Origin: an uncultured virus (IMG/VR IMGVR_UViG_3300025652_007805)
Taxonomy: Duplodnaviria; Heunggongvirae; Uroviricota; Caudoviricetes
IMG/VR virus record: IMGVR_UViG_3300025652_007805
Span: 55,097 to 75,096 of that record
DNA: 20,000 nucleotides
Direction: 5' to 3' (one strand)
Shown here: positions 17,197 through 20,000 of the stretch, piece after piece
Layout of the letters: each line of letters opens with the position of its first letter
How positions within the stretch are numbered: position 1 is the stretch's first letter
Notes under the pieces: generated by a model
The model's input: the letters and a program-made list of their open reading frames with translations, nothing else
Database searches by the model: none
What the model was told of the DNA's origin: nothing
Made by a program: the position numbers and the translations under genes

Positions 17197-17835
17197 CTAT
17201 TTACAAATATCCAAGTAACAAGCAGACTTATCAACAATATAGGCACCATACATAGCCTGACCTATATCTAAAGGTCGAATTAATGGCGGTATCTCTTGCA
17301 TTTCCGGTGGCCACATTTCAAAGATTTCTTTTGTAGAATCACCGAAAGCACCCTGTTCTTTTATCTTCGTCAATTTCCATTGAGGTTTCCATCGTATTGT
17401 TCCCCAACGAGTTCTGGATCCATGACCTAATTGTTTTCCATATTGGTCATACAACTTCATTGTAATTGTAGAATATTTGTTTCCAACTAAAATAACCGTT
17501 CTTAGGGTCCAGTGGTTATTGATCTTTCCACACGAAATAGCGTCGGAATAATCACATTGTTTAAAATTCTGAATATGTTTTACATTACTCCAATCAAAGA
17601 CATTTATGGTTCCTTCCCATTTATTTGGGTTAGACCAATATTGCAATTGGTGCTTCAACATGCCAGTGTTTTGAGCAGAGTTGGATACCAAAATATTTAA
17701 AGGTATAGAGGTTCCAGATTTTCCGCTTGGGGCATGCACTTCTGTTATATCAACATAAATCTGAACATGTTGTTCAGCAGTATTGGAATCCGGTACGGCA
17801 AATACCAGAGACATAAAAAACAAAATGATAAACAT
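17197..17835 (-). CDS. Hypothetical exported protein (N-terminal signal peptide)
   Basis: Hydrophobic N-terminus MFIILFFMSLVFA, SD AGGAG upstream, four Cys residues. Confidence 0.65.
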   Translation of the reverse strand: MFIILFFMSLVFAVPDSNTAEQHVQIYVDITEVHAPSGKSGTSIPLNILVSNSAQNTGMLKHQLQYWSNPNKWEGTINVFDWSNVKHIQNFKQCDYSDAISCGKINNHWTLRTVILVGNKYSTITMKLYDQYGKQLGHGSRTRWGTIRWKPQWKLTKIKEQGAFGDSTKEIFEMWPPEMQEIPPLIRPLDIGQAMYGAYIVDKSACYLDICK

Positions 17836-17844
17836 AAAGAACTC

Positions 17845-19164
17845 CTATAAAATCTTCGCTGCTTCTGTCGCGATTCTTGATCGCTCTCCTTTCTTAAAGG
17901 TTATGTGACCAGCCAAATCTGATTCTTTAAATTTCTCAATAGCATAAGCCAATCCGTTTGAGGTCTCGTTGGTATAAACATTATCGATCTGTTCTATGTC
18001 CCCTGTGAGGACGATCTTCGTGTTTTCTCCGACCCTTGTTATGATTGTCTTGACTTCATGAGCGGTCAAATTTTGGGCTTCGTCAATGATTATATAGGCA
18101 TTGGAAATTGAACGACCCCTAATATATGTTAAGGCTTCAATTTCAATTTGTCCCTTCTCCATAAATGATTGGAGCATTGTTCTATCATTACCAAGAATCA
18201 ATTGAAGATTATCTTGAATTGGTTTTAACCAAGGTAACATTTTTTCTTCCATTGTTCCCGGCAAGAAACCGATATCTTTTCCAAGCGGTTGAACGGGGCG
18301 AGACACAAGAACTCTTTTATATACATTGTCTCTCAAACCAAGGGTTTGTTCGATGGCTGCCGCGAGGGCAACCAAAGTTTTTCCACTACCTGCTTTACCA
18401 ATCAAAGTGACGAGTGGAATATTTTCATCAAAGAGTAAATCATATGAAAAAGCTTGCTCTTTATTGCGAGGGGTGATTCCCCAACTTAGGTCTCGTTTTT
18501 CACCTATGATCTTTTCAAGGGGTAGTCCATATCCTTTGAAGCACCCAAGAGCAGTTTTTTTGGGGTTAGCGGACGATTGAAGCATAATAAATTGGTGTTT
18601 ATACAACTTGATCTTTAAACCTTCGTCCAAATATATTGGCTCATCATTATAAAACTGATCAATCATTTGATCATCAACAACGATTTCTGCATATCCAGAA
18701 TACAATTTATTGCGGTCATCAACCACTTGCTCTGTAATATAGTTCTGCGCTGTTAACCCAATAGAATCGGCAATAACTCTCATATTGATATCGCGAGACA
18801 CAACAATAACTTTTTTCTTTGGATTATCTTCTTTGATCTTTATCGCAGAAGCAAGAATCTCATTATCTGGTATTGTTGGATCAAGATCTCTTGGAAGTTC
18901 AGAAGTAGCCGTGACCACTTGTAAAATTCCTTTGCCTTTATCAATACGAACACCAGAAGCAAGAGAACCTTTCTCTCGTAAGTTATCAAGGTGTTTGATA
19001 ATCATACGAGCATTGAATCCAACGGAATCTTGTCGCTTCTTGTGTTTATCAATTTCTTCCAATACTTTAATTGGAATAATAATATCGTTATTCTCAAATT
19101 TGAATAAACAACCTGCATCCGAAAGGAATACTGAGGTGTCTATTACATAAAACTTTTTAGCCAT
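17845..19164 (-). CDS. phoH: PhoH-family ATPase with N-terminal PIN domain (PhoH2/YlaK type)
   Basis: PIN motifs VIDTSVFL, VLEEID, DNEIL and VSRDINMR. PhoH motifs GKAGSGKT, GFLPG, YIRGRS, IIDEAQN and TGDIEQID. SD AAGGAG. Confidence 0.92.
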   Translation of the reverse strand: MAKKFYVIDTSVFLSDAGCLFKFENNDIIIPIKVLEEIDKHKKRQDSVGFNARMIIKHLDNLREKGSLASGVRIDKGKGILQVVTATSELPRDLDPTIPDNEILASAIKIKEDNPKKKVIVVSRDINMRVIADSIGLTAQNYITEQVVDDRNKLYSGYAEIVVDDQMIDQFYNDEPIYLDEGLKIKLYKHQFIMLQSSANPKKTALGCFKGYGLPLEKIIGEKRDLSWGITPRNKEQAFSYDLLFDENIPLVTLIGKAGSGKTLVALAAAIEQTLGLRDNVYKRVLVSRPVQPLGKDIGFLPGTMEEKMLPWLKPIQDNLQLILGNDRTMLQSFMEKGQIEIEALTYIRGRSISNAYIIIDEAQNLTAHEVKTIITRVGENTKIVLTGDIEQIDNVYTNETSNGLAYAIEKFKESDLAGHITFKKGERSRIATEAAKIL

Positions 19165-19996
19165 TGTTTCTCCTTAACTTTTTTCTTTTTTCCAAAGCTG
19201 CTATTTCTGCTGCGGTTTGGGCAAGGTATTTTGCTTGTTGTTTTAATTCTTTATCAAGAGTTGTATGTTTTTGTTCGGGGGATAATTTTTGAAATTCATC
19301 AACTGATGTAATTATTGGATTAGAAATGATTTCTTCTTTTGCTTTCATTTGAATTTGTTTATCCGTTGCTTTTGGAAATTGTCTTTTTGCTTTTTCATAT
19401 TCTTTCTTAACAATTGGTTTAATTTTTGAAGCAATTTTGTCTAAGGTTCTTGTTTTCTTTAATGGTATAAATTGTGTATCTAATATTTTTCTATAATCTT
19501 TTGTGCTTGGTTTTAGGTTTATTTTTTCTCTTTTGAAATATCTGTCCATTAATCTAAATGCTTTTCGCAATTCTATTGGGTCTTGCTGATTAAAAAGAGT
19601 TACTATATTTTCATAATCTTCTTTGGAATCAGATTTTAAAAAGTTAAGTGTTTTTGTAATTCTCTCATCGGAAACACCGGCAATTTCCATTGCTTTTGTT
19701 CCACCAAATGGCGCAACTTCCTGTAATGCTTCGGAGACTGCCTTTAACATTAAATAATACCTTATAAAAGAATTATATTGCTGTCTTAGTCTTCTTCCTG
19801 ATTCACCTTCTTGACTTGAATCAAGACCAAGTGATTGAGAAAAGGCTCTAAACAAAAATGGTTTTATTGCGGCTCGGATTTCTGGAAGTTCATTGACGAC
19901 TTTAAGAAGTTCAGTTCCTTGTGGTTTTTCTTCTTCGGTGTCTTCGGGAGTTGCTTCTGTTTCTTCTTCTTCTTCTTCTTCTTCTGGCTCAACCAT
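19157..19996 (-). CDS. Hypothetical charged/helical protein (may begin beyond the right edge)
   Basis: Open frame of at least 279 codons with no upstream stop inside the window. Acidic N-terminal tract and Lys-rich helical C-terminus; overlaps the phoH start by 8 bp. Confidence 0.6.
   Translation of the reverse strand: MVEPEEEEEEEETEATPEDTEEEKPQGTELLKVVNELPEIRAAIKPFLFRAFSQSLGLDSSQEGESGRRLRQQYNSFIRYYLMLKAVSEALQEVAPFGGTKAMEIAGVSDERITKTLNFLKSDSKEDYENIVTLFNQQDPIELRKAFRLMDRYFKREKINLKPSTKDYRKILDTQFIPLKKTRTLDKIASKIKPIVKKEYEKAKRQFPKATDKQIQMKAKEEIISNPIITSVDEFQKLSPEQKHTTLDKELKQQAKYLAQTAAEIAALEKRKKLRRNNG
19961..19984. repeat. (TTC)8 trinucleotide repeat encoding poly-Glu
   Basis: Eight perfect TTC units, read as GAA x8 on the coding strand. 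Confidence 0.9.
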
Positions 19997-20000
19997 GGCG

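Noticed and set aside
414..19150. Short plus-strand ORFs and nested minus-strand ORFs in the track (60-121 aa)
   Set aside because: All lie inside longer genes with recognisable motifs and have none of their own; they are shadow ORFs.
1..20000. Eukaryotic giant virus (NCLDV) origin
   Set aside because: Sigma70 promoters, Shine-Dalgarno motifs, GTG/TTG starts and overlapping polycistronic genes point to bacterial-type expression.
1..20000. Stop-codon recoding as seen in some large phages
   Set aside because: ORFs tile the window under code 11, and TAA, TAG and TGA all act as stops at coupled junctions.
1..20000. tRNA, rRNA, intrinsic terminators, IS elements
   Set aside because: None recognised. 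The intergenic gaps are very short and the two largest are occupied by promoters.

Overview
AT-rich, gene-dense window with all 23 credible genes on the minus strand, read right to left. The right part (15.4-20 kb) looks like large-phage backbone: an acidic hypothetical protein, a PIN+PhoH protein, a signal-peptide protein, an HExxH zincin-like protein, a 4-Cys Cas4/RecB-like PD-(D/E)XK nuclease and a small hypothetical protein. Two exact sigma70 consensus promoters (TTGACA-N17-TATAAT) lie in the only real intergenic gaps. The second promoter heads an almost gapless run of at least 17 glycan-biosynthesis genes (15361 to beyond position 1). These are two GT4 and other glycosyltransferases, a CstII/Maf-fold and a GT29-like transferase (both CMP-sugar-type folds), two NeuA-family cytidylyltransferases (one fused to a cupin), a lysine-epsilon-aminotransferase-like class III PLP enzyme, short UDP-sugar dehydrogenase and DegT enzymes, an SDR, two methyltransferases, a HAD-nucleotidyltransferase fusion and a GDPD/PLC-like protein. 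No flippase, polymerase, priming transferase or NeuB synthase is visible. The best interpretation (inference) is a self-contained, cytoplasmic glycosylation operon of a large bacteriophage that may use unusual CMP-activated keto-sugars. All calls come from motif recognition by eye; no searches were run.
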